A stretch of DNA of 64,000 nt from an uncultured Collinsella sp. (GCA_902494625.1 CABUUB010000001.1:17708-81707), one strand, 5' to 3'; shown: positions 26,005 to 34,761, counted from the stretch's first letter. The notes: a model not told the origin generated them from the sequence alone. Numbers and translations are program-made.

Positions 26005-27753
26005 ATGGCGAACGACAGCAAGACATGGCGGTGCGGAAAGTACGAGCTCAGCTTTGACCGTCCGCGCATCATGGGCGTCCTCAACGTGACGCCCGATTCG
26101 TTTAGCGACGGCGGGGAGCACTTCGACCCCGATGCCGCCATCGAGTACGGCCTGGCGATGCTCGACGCCGGCGCCGACATCATCGACGTGGGCGGTGAGT
26201 CCACGCGTCCCGGCTTTACCCCGGTCAACCCCGACGAGGAGGCTCGCCGCGTGCTGCCCGTGGTGCGCGCGCTGGCCAAGGAGGGCGCCATCGTCTCGAT
26301 CGACACACGCCATGTGGCGGTTGCCAAGGCGGCCGTGCGCTGCGGCGCCTCGATCGTCAACGACGTGACCGGCTTCACCGATCCCAAGATGGTCGAGTTC
26401 GTTAAGACGAGCACCTGCGGCGTCATCGTGATGCATGCCGGCGAGGTCGCCGCGCCCGCCCGCACGCACGCAACGGTGCAGCTCGATACCTCGGCAGCGG
26501 CGTTTGTTGCCGAGAAGGCGCGTGAGGCGGCTGCCGAGGCCGCGCGTGAGGCCGAGAAGCCGGCTCGCCGCCGTCGCGGCAAGTTGCTGGGCGAGCCTAA
26601 GCCGGAGGCCAAGCTTCCGGGCGGCGTGGTGCAGCCCTCGCTGCCGTTTGGCGAACCGGAGCCCACGTCCGAGCCTGCAACCGAACTGGGGCAGGAGACG
26701 CCGGCCGCCGAGCAGGCTGCTGCCGCCGAGACCGTCGCGCCCGCGCCCGAGGCCGCGCCCGCAGCCACCGAGGCCGCATCGGAGTCCAATGACCGCCTGG
26801 CCGCCATGATGCGCCGCAGCGCCCGCCGCGAGGAAGCCTACGTGCCCACCTCGCAGCTCCGCCGCTTCACCCTGCCCGATTCGGCGCCCATCATGCGCCG
26901 CGTCATGGGCTTTCTGTCCGACCAGGCCCGCACGCTCATCCATGCCGGCGTGTCGCGCGACCGCATCTGCATTGATCCTGGCCCGGGCTTTGGTAAGTCG
27001 GCTAACGAGGGCATCGTCATCCAGCGCGAGACTGCCAAGATGGCGTCACTGGGCTATCCGCTCATGTGCGCCGTGTCGCGCAAGCGCTTTGTGGGCGCCG
27101 TCTCGGGCGTGACCGAGGCCGCCGAGCGCGATGCCGCTACGTTTGGCGTGTGCCTGGGCGCCATCCAGGCCGGTGCCAACATCGTGCGCGTGCACGACGC
27201 CGCGGGTTTTGCGCAGTTCCTGAACGGCTACTGGGCGGTTGCCAAGCCACAGCCGCGCCGCGCGTTTGTGGCCGTGGGCTCCAACCTGGGGCATCGCTGC
27301 GATAACATCCGCGCCGCACGCGAGATGATCGCCGAGATTCCACTCACCTGCGTGTCCAACTCCTCCAAGATTTACGAGAGCGAGCCGGCCTACGAGACGC
27401 GCCAGGACGCGTTTGCCAACGCCGTCATCGAGATCAAGACCGAGCTGGCGCCGCTGGTGCTGCTCGATGAGCTCATGAAGATCGAGGCCGAGCTTGGGCG
27501 CGACCGCTCCAAAAAGGCCAAGGCCAACGGTCCGCGCACCATCGACCTGGACCTGCTGTGGATGGACGGCGAGACCCACGGCGGCAAAAAGCTGCGCCTG
27601 CCGCATCCGCTGATCGGCGAGCGCGATTTTGTGCTGGTGCCGCTCGAGGACTTGATGCACGACCCGGCGCGGTTCTTCCGCTACAACGGCGTCGAGGTCA
27701 AGGAGCCCGAGGACCGCGTGGGCCATATCGTGGGCGAATTGGGGCGTATGTAG
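26005..27753 (+). CDS. folP-folK: dihydropteroate synthase fused to HPPK (FolP-FolK), with a large low-complexity insertion in FolP
   Basis: DHPS motifs IMGVLNVTPDSFSDGG, DIIDVGGESTRPG, IDPGPGFGKS, VSRKRF and IVRVHD. The C-terminal HPPK reads AFVAVGSNLG...PRTIDLDLL...LPHP. The ATG lies 5 nt after the RBS AGGAGGA. Confidence 0.85.
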   Translation: MANDSKTWRCGKYELSFDRPRIMGVLNVTPDSFSDGGEHFDPDAAIEYGLAMLDAGADIIDVGGESTRPGFTPVNPDEEARRVLPVVRALAKEGAIVSIDTRHVAVAKAAVRCGASIVNDVTGFTDPKMVEFVKTSTCGVIVMHAGEVAAPARTHATVQLDTSAAAFVAEKAREAAAEAAREAEKPARRRRGKLLGEPKPEAKLPGGVVQPSLPFGEPEPTSEPATELGQETPAAEQAAAAETVAPAPEAAPAATEAASESNDRLAAMMRRSARREEAYVPTSQLRRFTLPDSAPIMRRVMGFLSDQARTLIHAGVSRDRICIDPGPGFGKSANEGIVIQRETAKMASLGYPLMCAVSRKRFVGAVSGVTEAAERDAATFGVCLGAIQAGANIVRVHDAAGFAQFLNGYWAVAKPQPRRAFVAVGSNLGHRCDNIRAAREMIAEIPLTCVSNSSKIYESEPAYETRQDAFANAVIEIKTELAPLVLLDELMKIEAELGRDRSKKAKANGPRTIDLDLLWMDGETHGGKKLRLPHPLIGERDFVLVPLEDLMHDPARFFRYNGVEVKEPEDRVGHIVGELGRM

Positions 27754-28455
27754 ATGATCGAGATGAATGCTGTTGCCGCCGGTACCGAGCTTGACGCCGC
27801 GCGTGACGCGGGCCGCGAGGGTGCGTCCGCGGGCTGGTGCGCTTGGAGCGTGGGCGAGGCGTCGTTGACGTTTTCGCTGGTCGTGCGCCCGGATGTGAAC
27901 ATGCATGCCTTCCACGGCCTGCCGTTTGTGGCCGCGATGGGCATGATGGACGCGCTCGTGGGAACGGCTGCGGCACCGGGGCTGGGCCTTGCCGGCAAGG
28001 TGGGTATTCAGTGGCCGAGCGACATTGTGTGCGGCGCGCCCGCGTTTGAGACGTCGTTCGCGCGCGTCGCCGTCAACGGTGGTGCCGGTGCTGCGGGCAT
28101 GTTCGGTGCCGTGACGGTGGATATTGAGCGTTCGGCGCTGAGCGAGCTTGGTGTGGACGTGGCTGACGAAGCGCTGGTCGAGACGCTGGCCGCCGCCGTG
28201 CTGGCCCGCGTGGACGCCTGGGCGGTTGTTGCCAACACGCCGCAAGGCGCCGCAGGGCCGCTGGCTCCCGTGCTGGGCGAGTACTTCGACATGGTGCCGC
28301 TGCTGGGCCGCCAAGTTGCGGCGGTGTCGCCCAACGGTTTGCCGCTTGCGGTCGGTGTGTTTGCGGGCTTGGATATCTGGGGTCGCGCGACTATCAAGAC
28401 CGACGCCGGCGAGCAGGAGTTTCCGCCCGAGGCCGTACGGATTCGCGGGCTGTAA
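27754..28455 (+). CDS. biotin/lipoate protein ligase (BPL_LplA_LipB)-like protein, degenerate
   Basis: GKVGIQWPSDIV resembles the BirA KWPNDI strand. The GRGRxGRxW loop is replaced by GREGASAGWCAW. The ATG abuts the folK stop codon (TAGATG). Confidence 0.5.
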   Translation: MIEMNAVAAGTELDAARDAGREGASAGWCAWSVGEASLTFSLVVRPDVNMHAFHGLPFVAAMGMMDALVGTAAAPGLGLAGKVGIQWPSDIVCGAPAFETSFARVAVNGGAGAAGMFGAVTVDIERSALSELGVDVADEALVETLAAAVLARVDAWAVVANTPQGAAGPLAPVLGEYFDMVPLLGRQVAAVSPNGLPLAVGVFAGLDIWGRATIKTDAGEQEFPPEAVRIRGL

Positions 28456-28552
28456 CGCGAGGCGCCCGCGCTCAAAGATAACGATGACAACAAAGCCCTC
28501 CTCGGCAGTGCCGGGGAGGGTTTCGCCTATCTGGGGAATGGGTTGCCAGCGC

Positions 28553-28595
28553 CCTGTTCCTCAAAACTGAAAAATTTTCGTTTTTGAGGAATAGG
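28553..28595. repeat. 43-bp AT-rich palindrome, copy 1
   Basis: cctgttcctcaaaactgaaaaattttcgtttttgaggaatagg. Confidence 0.9.
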
Positions 28596-28639
28596 ATTAA
28601 GGCAGCTCGGCCTTTCGCGAGGTATATTCGCTACAGAGT

Positions 28640-28680
28640 CTATTCCTCAAAACTGAAAATTTTTCAGTTTTGAGGAATAG
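28640..28680. repeat. 41-bp perfect palindrome, copy 2
   Basis: ctattcctcaaaactgaaaa-t-ttttcagttttgaggaatag (20-bp arms). Confidence 0.9.
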
Positions 28681-28706
28681 CGATAAAATACCGCGAGGAG
28701 GCCCCA

Positions 28707-29903
28707 ATGAAACTCATCAATAGAACGTCATATATGGACACGTTGACGAGCCTTATTGGCGTGCCGGACATCAAGGTCATCACGGGCATTCGGCGTAGCG
28801 GTAAATCAAAATTGCTCGAGGCCCTCCGCGATTACGTGGAGGCAAATCTGTCCAATTCGAATGTCATCCATATCAACTACAACCTCGATGAGTTCGAGGG
28901 CCTGCTCGAATATCATGCCCTGCTCGCCTATGTAAAAGAGCATCGAGTGTCCGGCAAGCAAAACTTCCTGCTTATCGACGAGGTTCAGATGTGCGACGGT
29001 TTTGAGCGTGCGATCAACAGCCTTCACGCATCCGAGCAGTACGATATCTTCATCACCGGATCGAATGCCTTTTTGCTGTCGAGCGATCTGTCGACGCTCT
29101 TTACGGGGCGCACCTTCGAGATCGAGGTTTTCCCATTCTCGTTTGAGGAGTATCGTCTCTATGGCGACGAGGGCGAGGTCGACCGCGACTTCGATGAGTA
29201 CGCGAGAACCGGCGGTATGTCTGGTTCTTACCCTTATCCACTGCAGGAGCAGCGCTATCAATATCTCTCCAACGTCTTTAAGACGCTCATTGTGAGAGAT
29301 ATCGTGCAGCGGCATAGCGTCAGAAACGAATTGGCACTGCTACGCATTGCCGATTACATGATGGACAACGTTTCCAACATTACGTCGGCGCGCAACATTA
29401 CGGACGCATTAAATGCGGATGGGCTAAAGATTACGAACAAGACGGTCGGCACGTACATGGGGTACCTGTGCGATGCGTTTGCCTTCTATAAAGTTCGTCG
29501 ATACGACATTCGCGGCAAGAAATACCTTAAGAGCGGTGAGAAGTATTACCTGGCGGATCATGCGTTTAAATATGCGCTTCTTGGTACACGTGATATGGAT
29601 TGGGGACGCGTATACGAGAACATGGTGGCAATCGAGCTGCTGCGTCGCGGATACGAGGTATACGTCGGCGTGCTCTATAAAAAGGAAATAGACTTTGTAG
29701 CAATCAAGCGAAGCGAGAAACTCTACATTCAGGTGAGCGACGACATCAGCTCGGATAAGACATTTGAACGCGAGATTTCGCCACTGCTGAGCATTGGCGA
29801 TGCGTATCCCAAGATGATTCTCGCCCGCACGCATCACGAGGCCACGGATCACGACGGAGTGCAAATCGTGGACCTGGCGAGGTGGCTGTGCGGCGAGGCC
29901 TAG
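28707..29903 (+). CDS. AAA+ ATPase (AAA_14 / DUF4143 architecture, COG1373-like)
   Basis: Walker A-like GIRRSGKS and Walker B LLIDEVQ. The C-terminal region YENMVAIELLRRGYEVYVG...KEIDFVAI...LYIQVS resembles a PD-(D/E)XK-type fold. Confidence 0.7.
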   Translation: MKLINRTSYMDTLTSLIGVPDIKVITGIRRSGKSKLLEALRDYVEANLSNSNVIHINYNLDEFEGLLEYHALLAYVKEHRVSGKQNFLLIDEVQMCDGFERAINSLHASEQYDIFITGSNAFLLSSDLSTLFTGRTFEIEVFPFSFEEYRLYGDEGEVDRDFDEYARTGGMSGSYPYPLQEQRYQYLSNVFKTLIVRDIVQRHSVRNELALLRIADYMMDNVSNITSARNITDALNADGLKITNKTVGTYMGYLCDAFAFYKVRRYDIRGKKYLKSGEKYYLADHAFKYALLGTRDMDWGRVYENMVAIELLRRGYEVYVGVLYKKEIDFVAIKRSEKLYIQVSDDISSDKTFEREISPLLSIGDAYPKMILARTHHEATDHDGVQIVDLARWLCGEA

Positions 29904-29910
29904 CAGAAAG

Positions 29911-29953
29911 CCTATTCCTCAAAACTGAAAAATTATCGTTTTTGAGGAATAGG
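29911..29953. repeat. 43-bp AT-rich palindrome, copy 3
   Basis: cctattcctcaaaactgaaaaattatcgtttttgaggaatagg, starting 8 nt after the ATPase stop codon. Confidence 0.9.
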
Positions 29954-30008
29954 ACCGATGCATTGCCTAGTTCGCCGCTCGCGCTCGTGCTCGACTTAAG
30001 CCCCCGCC

Positions 30009-30782
30009 CTACCTCTGCTCCTGCATGCGGCGGTAGATTTCGCAGATACCCTTGATGGTGAGCTGTCCGTCTACCACGTCGAAGGCGTCGGTCGAACCGG
30101 CGACGATGCTGGCGAGGCCGCCCGTGGCGATAACGGTGGCATCCTCGCGGCCCAGCTCGCGCTTCATGCGCGCGACCAGGCCCTCGGCCATGGCGGCGGC
30201 GCCCGTCACGGCGCCCACCTTGATGCACTCCTCGGTATCGCGGCCGATGGCATGCTCGGGCGCCTCGAGCGGCACGCTGGCGAGCTTGGCGGCTCGGGCG
30301 GCGAGCGCGTCCATCGAAATGCGGATGCCCGGCGCAATCGCTCCACCAATGTAATAACCGTCCTCATCGATGACGTCGATATTGGTCGCGGTGCCAAAGT
30401 CCACCACGATTGCCGGCGCGCCGTAGAAAGTTTCGGCCGCAACGGCGTTAGCGACGCGGTCGGCACCTACGGCCTGGGGACGCGCCGCGCGCAGCTTGGT
30501 CACCGCGGCCGTCTGCGGTCCGATGACGATGGCGTCTGCGGCAATGCGGTCGGCCACGGCGTGCCATTCGCGCGAGAGCTGCGGCACCACGCCCGCAAAG
30601 GCGATCGCGTCGACTGCGTCGAGCGAAAGGCCGTACATCTTAAAGAAACCCATCAGGCGCACATGGATCTCGTCGGCGGTATAAGAGCGGTCGGTGGGCA
30701 TGCGCCACGACTGCACCAGCTCGTCTCCGTCAAACAGGCCCATGGCCGTCTGCGTATTTCCCATATCGATAGCGAGCAGCAT
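30009..30782 (-). CDS. coaX: type III pantothenate kinase
   Basis: MLLAIDMGNTQT..., VVDFGTATNIDV and ATGGLA are CoaX motifs. Start chosen at the ATG preceded by GGGAG. Confidence 0.85.
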   Translation of the reverse strand: MLLAIDMGNTQTAMGLFDGDELVQSWRMPTDRSYTADEIHVRLMGFFKMYGLSLDAVDAIAFAGVVPQLSREWHAVADRIAADAIVIGPQTAAVTKLRAARPQAVGADRVANAVAAETFYGAPAIVVDFGTATNIDVIDEDGYYIGGAIAPGIRISMDALAARAAKLASVPLEAPEHAIGRDTEECIKVGAVTGAAAMAEGLVARMKRELGREDATVIATGGLASIVAGSTDAFDVVDGQLTIKGICEIYRRMQEQR

Positions 30783-30919
30783 GTCTACTCCCGGCGTTGG
30801 CATAAAAGGACGCGCACCATTGTATACGTGCCGTCGACGGCGCTCGGCTGCGATTCGTTTACGGTGATAGGGGCTGAGGGGTTTTAAATATGAAGGAATT
30901 ATGCTCTACGAGATTTTCC

Positions 30920-30948
30920 TTGCCGCTTACCGAACTCCCGCGTAATAT
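30920..30948 (+). promoter_or_regulatory. putative sigma-70-type promoter of the tRNA gene
   Basis: TTGCCG-N17-TAATAT, about 30 nt upstream of the tRNA 5' end. Confidence 0.4.
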
Positions 30949-30979
30949 TCTTTCTTGCGCACATGAGGCGCCCAGACAT

Positions 30980-31056
30980 TGCGGGGTGGAGCAGTCTGGT
31001 AGCTCGCCGGGCTCATAACCCGGAGGTCGTAGGTTCAAATCCTGCCCCCGCGACCA
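30980..31056 (+). tRNA. metZ: initiator tRNA-Met (CAT anticodon)
   Basis: 77 nt, a near-copy of the bacterial tRNA-fMet consensus (GCGGGGTGGAGCAGTCTGGTAGCTCGCCGGGCTCATAACCCGGAGGTCGTAGGTTCAAATCCTGCCCCCGCGACCA). The anticodon stem has three G:C pairs. Position 1:72 is weak (U:G). CCA is encoded. Confidence 0.9.
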
Positions 31057-31145
31057 AGAACTTGCAGCTCGTCGGCCTGGCCGGCGAGCTTTTTTGTTAT
31101 TTCGGGACCGTGTTTTCGGTCCAATCCTCGGCCTCTCAAACAAAA

Positions 31146-31361
31146 TCTCGATCTGTAACATCTAGACCCGATTTGGGCGGCTAGGTGTTACAGATCGAGA
31201 TGTTTCGGCAGGATGGTCTTCGTTTGTCTAAATCTGTAACACGAGGGACGGATTTTGCCGAGTTACTGTTACAGATTGAGATTTTCTAGCAGGCGGGTCC
31301 CGTTTGTCTCGATCTGTAACATCTGGGGCCCATTTTGCCGAGTAACTGTTACAGATCGAGA
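31146..31361. repeat. hairpin-array repeat, locus B (3 units)
   Basis: 15-mer arms at 31146, 31186, 31227, 31267, 31307 and 31347, alternating in orientation with 25-nt spacers. Confidence 0.9.
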
Positions 31362-31399
31362 CGCTGGGTCCTCGCCCGCACGGCCTTAATCGTTGGTAA

Positions 31400-32281
31400 T
31401 CAGGAACTCATCCAGGAATACATCGAGTAGATCGTTTTTCGCTGCGGCAGCCAGGCGGCGGCAATCGTCATTTCGGTCGATTTGCCTTCTATGGGAATCG
31501 CGACGACTTTGCCGTTGGTGGGAAACGCCTGCGTGAGATATCCCGGCAGCAGCGCGTAGCCCAAACCGGCGGCGACGCACAGCACGCTCGTCTCGACGTC
31601 TTCGGACACATAGGCAATCTTGGGATGCTCTTCAATCTTGGCAAGCGTGGTCGCGATCGCTTCCGATTCGCCGTACCCGCTGGCTCCGCGTGTAGCGTCG
31701 ACGATTGGATACCCCTTAAGGTCCTCGATACAGATCGACTGTCGGTGGGCGAGCGGGTGGTCGAGCGGCACCACGGCGTGCAGCGGGTAGGACCTCAAGA
31801 CCTGCCACTGCATATCGGACATGCGGTACTCGTTGTAGAGCAGGTTAATGCATACGTCGATATCTTCTCGGCGCAGTGCGTCGTAGAGCTCCGAGACGTT
31901 GTCGCGCATAAAGCTTAGCCGGACGTTGGGATAGCTCTTATGAAACCCAAACAGCATGTCGGCGAGATCGGTCCGTTCGTATCCCTTGATGTAGCCGACC
32001 TTGAGCTCGCCTTCGGGCATGTCGTCTGCCGCCCGCGCGCGCCTTACGGCCTCGGTGGTTCGTGCGACAATCGCACGGGCATCATCAAGGAACAGGGCTC
32101 CCGCCACCGTAAGCTCAACGTGATGGTTGTCGCGTTCGAACAACTGCTTTCCCACGGCGCGCTCGAGCGCCGCGATCTGGTTGGAAATCGTTGCCTGCGA
32201 AACAAAGAAATCCTTGGCGACTTTCGAAAAAGAGCGCGCCTCGGCCACGGCTATAAAGTACTCCAGCTGTTTGATGCGCAT
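31400..32281 (-). CDS. LysR-family transcriptional regulator
   Basis: N-terminal HTH MRIKQLEYFIAVAEARSFSKVAKDFFVSQATISNQIAALE plus a LysR substrate-binding domain. RBS GGAGAA. Confidence 0.85.
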   Translation of the reverse strand: MRIKQLEYFIAVAEARSFSKVAKDFFVSQATISNQIAALERAVGKQLFERDNHHVELTVAGALFLDDARAIVARTTEAVRRARAADDMPEGELKVGYIKGYERTDLADMLFGFHKSYPNVRLSFMRDNVSELYDALRREDIDVCINLLYNEYRMSDMQWQVLRSYPLHAVVPLDHPLAHRQSICIEDLKGYPIVDATRGASGYGESEAIATTLAKIEEHPKIAYVSEDVETSVLCVAAGLGYALLPGYLTQAFPTNGKVVAIPIEGKSTEMTIAAAWLPQRKTIYSMYSWMSS

Positions 32282-32423
32282 AGTTCTCCGTACATTAGAT
32301 TTCCTTATCACGTAATGCATAGATTAGCGCAAACGCCCAGCGTTTTCCCTTCTATGATTTAGGAACGGTTATTTGCGTGCGTATCGACAACACCGCAAAT
32401 TTCTTTTGAAGAGAGGGATCTCG

Positions 32424-33002
32424 ATGAAGGGCCGTAAAACCATCAAGCTTGTCCAGGCCGCCACTGGTGCCATTGCGCTCACGCTCCTTATGCAACTGAT
32501 GGGGGTGTTTGGGTACGGGCAATACACCTGGATGTGCTTTTTGCCGTTGCTGATGTTTTTTGCTTTTGGAGCCGATTTTAAGAAGATCCCCGAGATGCTG
32601 GTGAGCTATGCCGTCGGCGAGGTTTGGTGTGTGATCAACTCGCTGGTCATGGGCGTGTTTGTCTCGGCCTTTGGCGCCGATAACATGGTTATGAGCAACA
32701 TCGTCCCAACCATCCTGGTTATCTTTTGCATCTTGACGACTCACGAGAACCTGCTCGAAGGCAAGATCTGCTCCAATGTTCCATGCGTCTTTATGGGCCT
32801 TGCCACGTCGTTCTTCACGTTTATGTTGCAGCAGCCGATCAACTTTGGCCACCTCTTTGCGTTTTGGGCCTTTGGAATCGCGCTCGCGGTTTGCCTGGTC
32901 ATGTCGGGAACGCTCGTGTGCTCGGCAATCTTTGGAAAAGAGCGCACTATTCAGGCACTTACGCCACTCGATGTTCTCGAGGCGCAGCAGAACCATAAAT
33001 AA
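32424..33002 (+). CDS. small integral membrane protein (DUF1097-like, about 6 TM)
   Basis: 192 aa, hydrophobic throughout. Divergent from the LysR gene. The family call is tentative. Confidence 0.5.
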   Translation: MKGRKTIKLVQAATGAIALTLLMQLMGVFGYGQYTWMCFLPLLMFFAFGADFKKIPEMLVSYAVGEVWCVINSLVMGVFVSAFGADNMVMSNIVPTILVIFCILTTHENLLEGKICSNVPCVFMGLATSFFTFMLQQPINFGHLFAFWAFGIALAVCLVMSGTLVCSAIFGKERTIQALTPLDVLEAQQNHK

Positions 33003-33255
33003 GATAACTCGATTATCAGAGGCGGGTGCCATAAGGCACATCGCTCCTTTTGCATGTGGCGGCAAGGACCGGGCGCTCCAAATAATTGCCCAAACGCATG
33101 GTTCATCCGCACAAAGCCCATGGTCGCTATGGGCAAACATCGGTGCGCCTGCACATGGTTTTGAGCCTGTTTTCGAGCGAAAGTATGGCTGTCGATACGC
33201 ATGCAATTCGCATGAAACCCGGGCTCGTCCAAGAGCCCTATAAAGGAGGATTCAC

Positions 33256-34761
33256 ATGAAACAGTTAGAGACCGACGTCGTTGTCGTCGCCGCAGGTCTG
33301 AGCGGCCTTGCCGCAGCGGTCGCTGCAGCCGAGGCGGGCGCTCGCGTCATTGCCCTGGAGAAGGCTCCCATTACCGGTGGCGCCGCCAACATGGGCATGG
33401 GGCCTGCTGCCGCTGGCTCTCCGCTTCAGAAGGCCTCGATGATCGAGGTCACGCCTGGCGAGCTCTTCCGTCGCCATATGTTCTACACCCATTACCAGGT
33501 CGATGCTCGCCTGGTGCGCGACTACTACTTTAAGTCGGGCGACACCATCGCATGGCTGCAGGACATGGGCGTGGAGTTTAACTCCGTGCGCCCGGCGTTC
33601 CGCGCTCGCGAGCGCACGCGCGCCTATTCCGACGGCGAGTACACCTGGCATGTCGTGCAGCCCGAGGACGGCTCGGAGCCCGGTCCTCGCGCGGCCACCA
33701 CGATGACCAAGCGCATGACCGAGCGTGCTCAGGACCTGGGCGTCGAGTTTATGTTTGAGTGCCCGGGCACCGGCCTTATCAAGGGCGGGGACGGCGCCAT
33801 CTGCGGCGTGACCGCAAAGGACAAGGACGGCGAGGAGTACCAGATCTCGTGCAAGTCCGCGATTGTCGCCACGGGCGGTTTTGGCCACAACGCCAAGCTT
33901 ATCAAGGAGAAGCTCGACTTTGAGTGGGGTACCGACCTGTTCTCGTTTGCCATTCCGGGCATGGACGGCGACGGCATCAACATGTGCCACGAGGTCGGCG
34001 GCGGCCACACCCCGGTGACCATGGAGCTCATGTACCAGATCCCCGACAACATGAACCACTTCTATGTCGAGGGCGCATTCCGTCAGCCGTGCTACTGGTG
34101 CAACCGCCTGGGCGAGCGCTTTATGCCGGAGGACGAGATCTTCAACACCACCTTTGTCGGCAACGCCATCAACCATCTTCCCGGCAAGGTCGCCTATGCC
34201 ATCTTTGATTCCCGCATGCTCAAGCATTGGAAGAAGGACGGTCCGGATATCGTCAGCCACGTTCATCCGCACGACCTGTACGACGGCTTTGAGGAACAGT
34301 GGAACCGCGACCTGGAGGCTGGCTATCCGGCAATCTGCCAGGCCGATACGCTGGAGGAGCTTGCCGAGAAGGCTGGTATCGATGTTGAGGGCTTGCTCGC
34401 CAATGTCGACGAGTACAACGAGATGTGCGACAACGGCTGGGACGACATCTTTGAGAAAGAGCGCGAGTTTATGAAGCCGCTCGAGAAGGGCCCCTTCTAT
34501 TGCTGCAAGCAGTACTGTGGCGCCTACGGCACCTTGGGTGGCGTGCTCATCAACCACAAGATGGAGGTCATGACCGACGATTACGAGGTCATCCCTGGCC
34601 TGTACTGCGTTGGCACCGATGCCTGCACCATCTATGGCGACTCCTATAACTACTGCATTCCGGGTAACACCATGGGCTTCTGCCTTAACTCGGGTCGCAT
34701 CGCCGGTGAAAACGCCGCCGCAGCCCTCTTTGAGGACGCGGGCGACGAGGAGTGGTCGTAA
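33256..34761 (+). CDS. FAD-dependent oxidoreductase of the fumarate-reductase / KstD / urocanate-reductase flavoprotein family (cytoplasmic)
   Basis: N-terminal DVVVVAAGLSGLAAAVAAAEAGARVIALEK dinucleotide fold, mid ATGGFGHN, and C-terminal PGLYCVGTDA...GNTMGFCLNSGRIAGENAA. No signal or Tat peptide. Confidence 0.8.
   Translation: MKQLETDVVVVAAGLSGLAAAVAAAEAGARVIALEKAPITGGAANMGMGPAAAGSPLQKASMIEVTPGELFRRHMFYTHYQVDARLVRDYYFKSGDTIAWLQDMGVEFNSVRPAFRARERTRAYSDGEYTWHVVQPEDGSEPGPRAATTMTKRMTERAQDLGVEFMFECPGTGLIKGGDGAICGVTAKDKDGEEYQISCKSAIVATGGFGHNAKLIKEKLDFEWGTDLFSFAIPGMDGDGINMCHEVGGGHTPVTMELMYQIPDNMNHFYVEGAFRQPCYWCNRLGERFMPEDEIFNTTFVGNAINHLPGKVAYAIFDSRMLKHWKKDGPDIVSHVHPHDLYDGFEEQWNRDLEAGYPAICQADTLEELAEKAGIDVEGLLANVDEYNEMCDNGWDDIFEKEREFMKPLEKGPFYCCKQYCGAYGTLGGVLINHKMEVMTDDYEVIPGLYCVGTDACTIYGDSYNYCIPGNTMGFCLNSGRIAGENAAAALFEDAGDEEWS

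Noticed and set aside
31146-31361. Possible CRISPR array (regularly spaced short repeats). The same question applies at 14263-14398 and 40785-40999.
   Set aside because: The repeats are only 15 bp and alternate in orientation instead of being direct. The spacers are mutually similar and of two alternating classes (loop and linker). The arrays have only 4-6 arms. No cas genes or leader are present.
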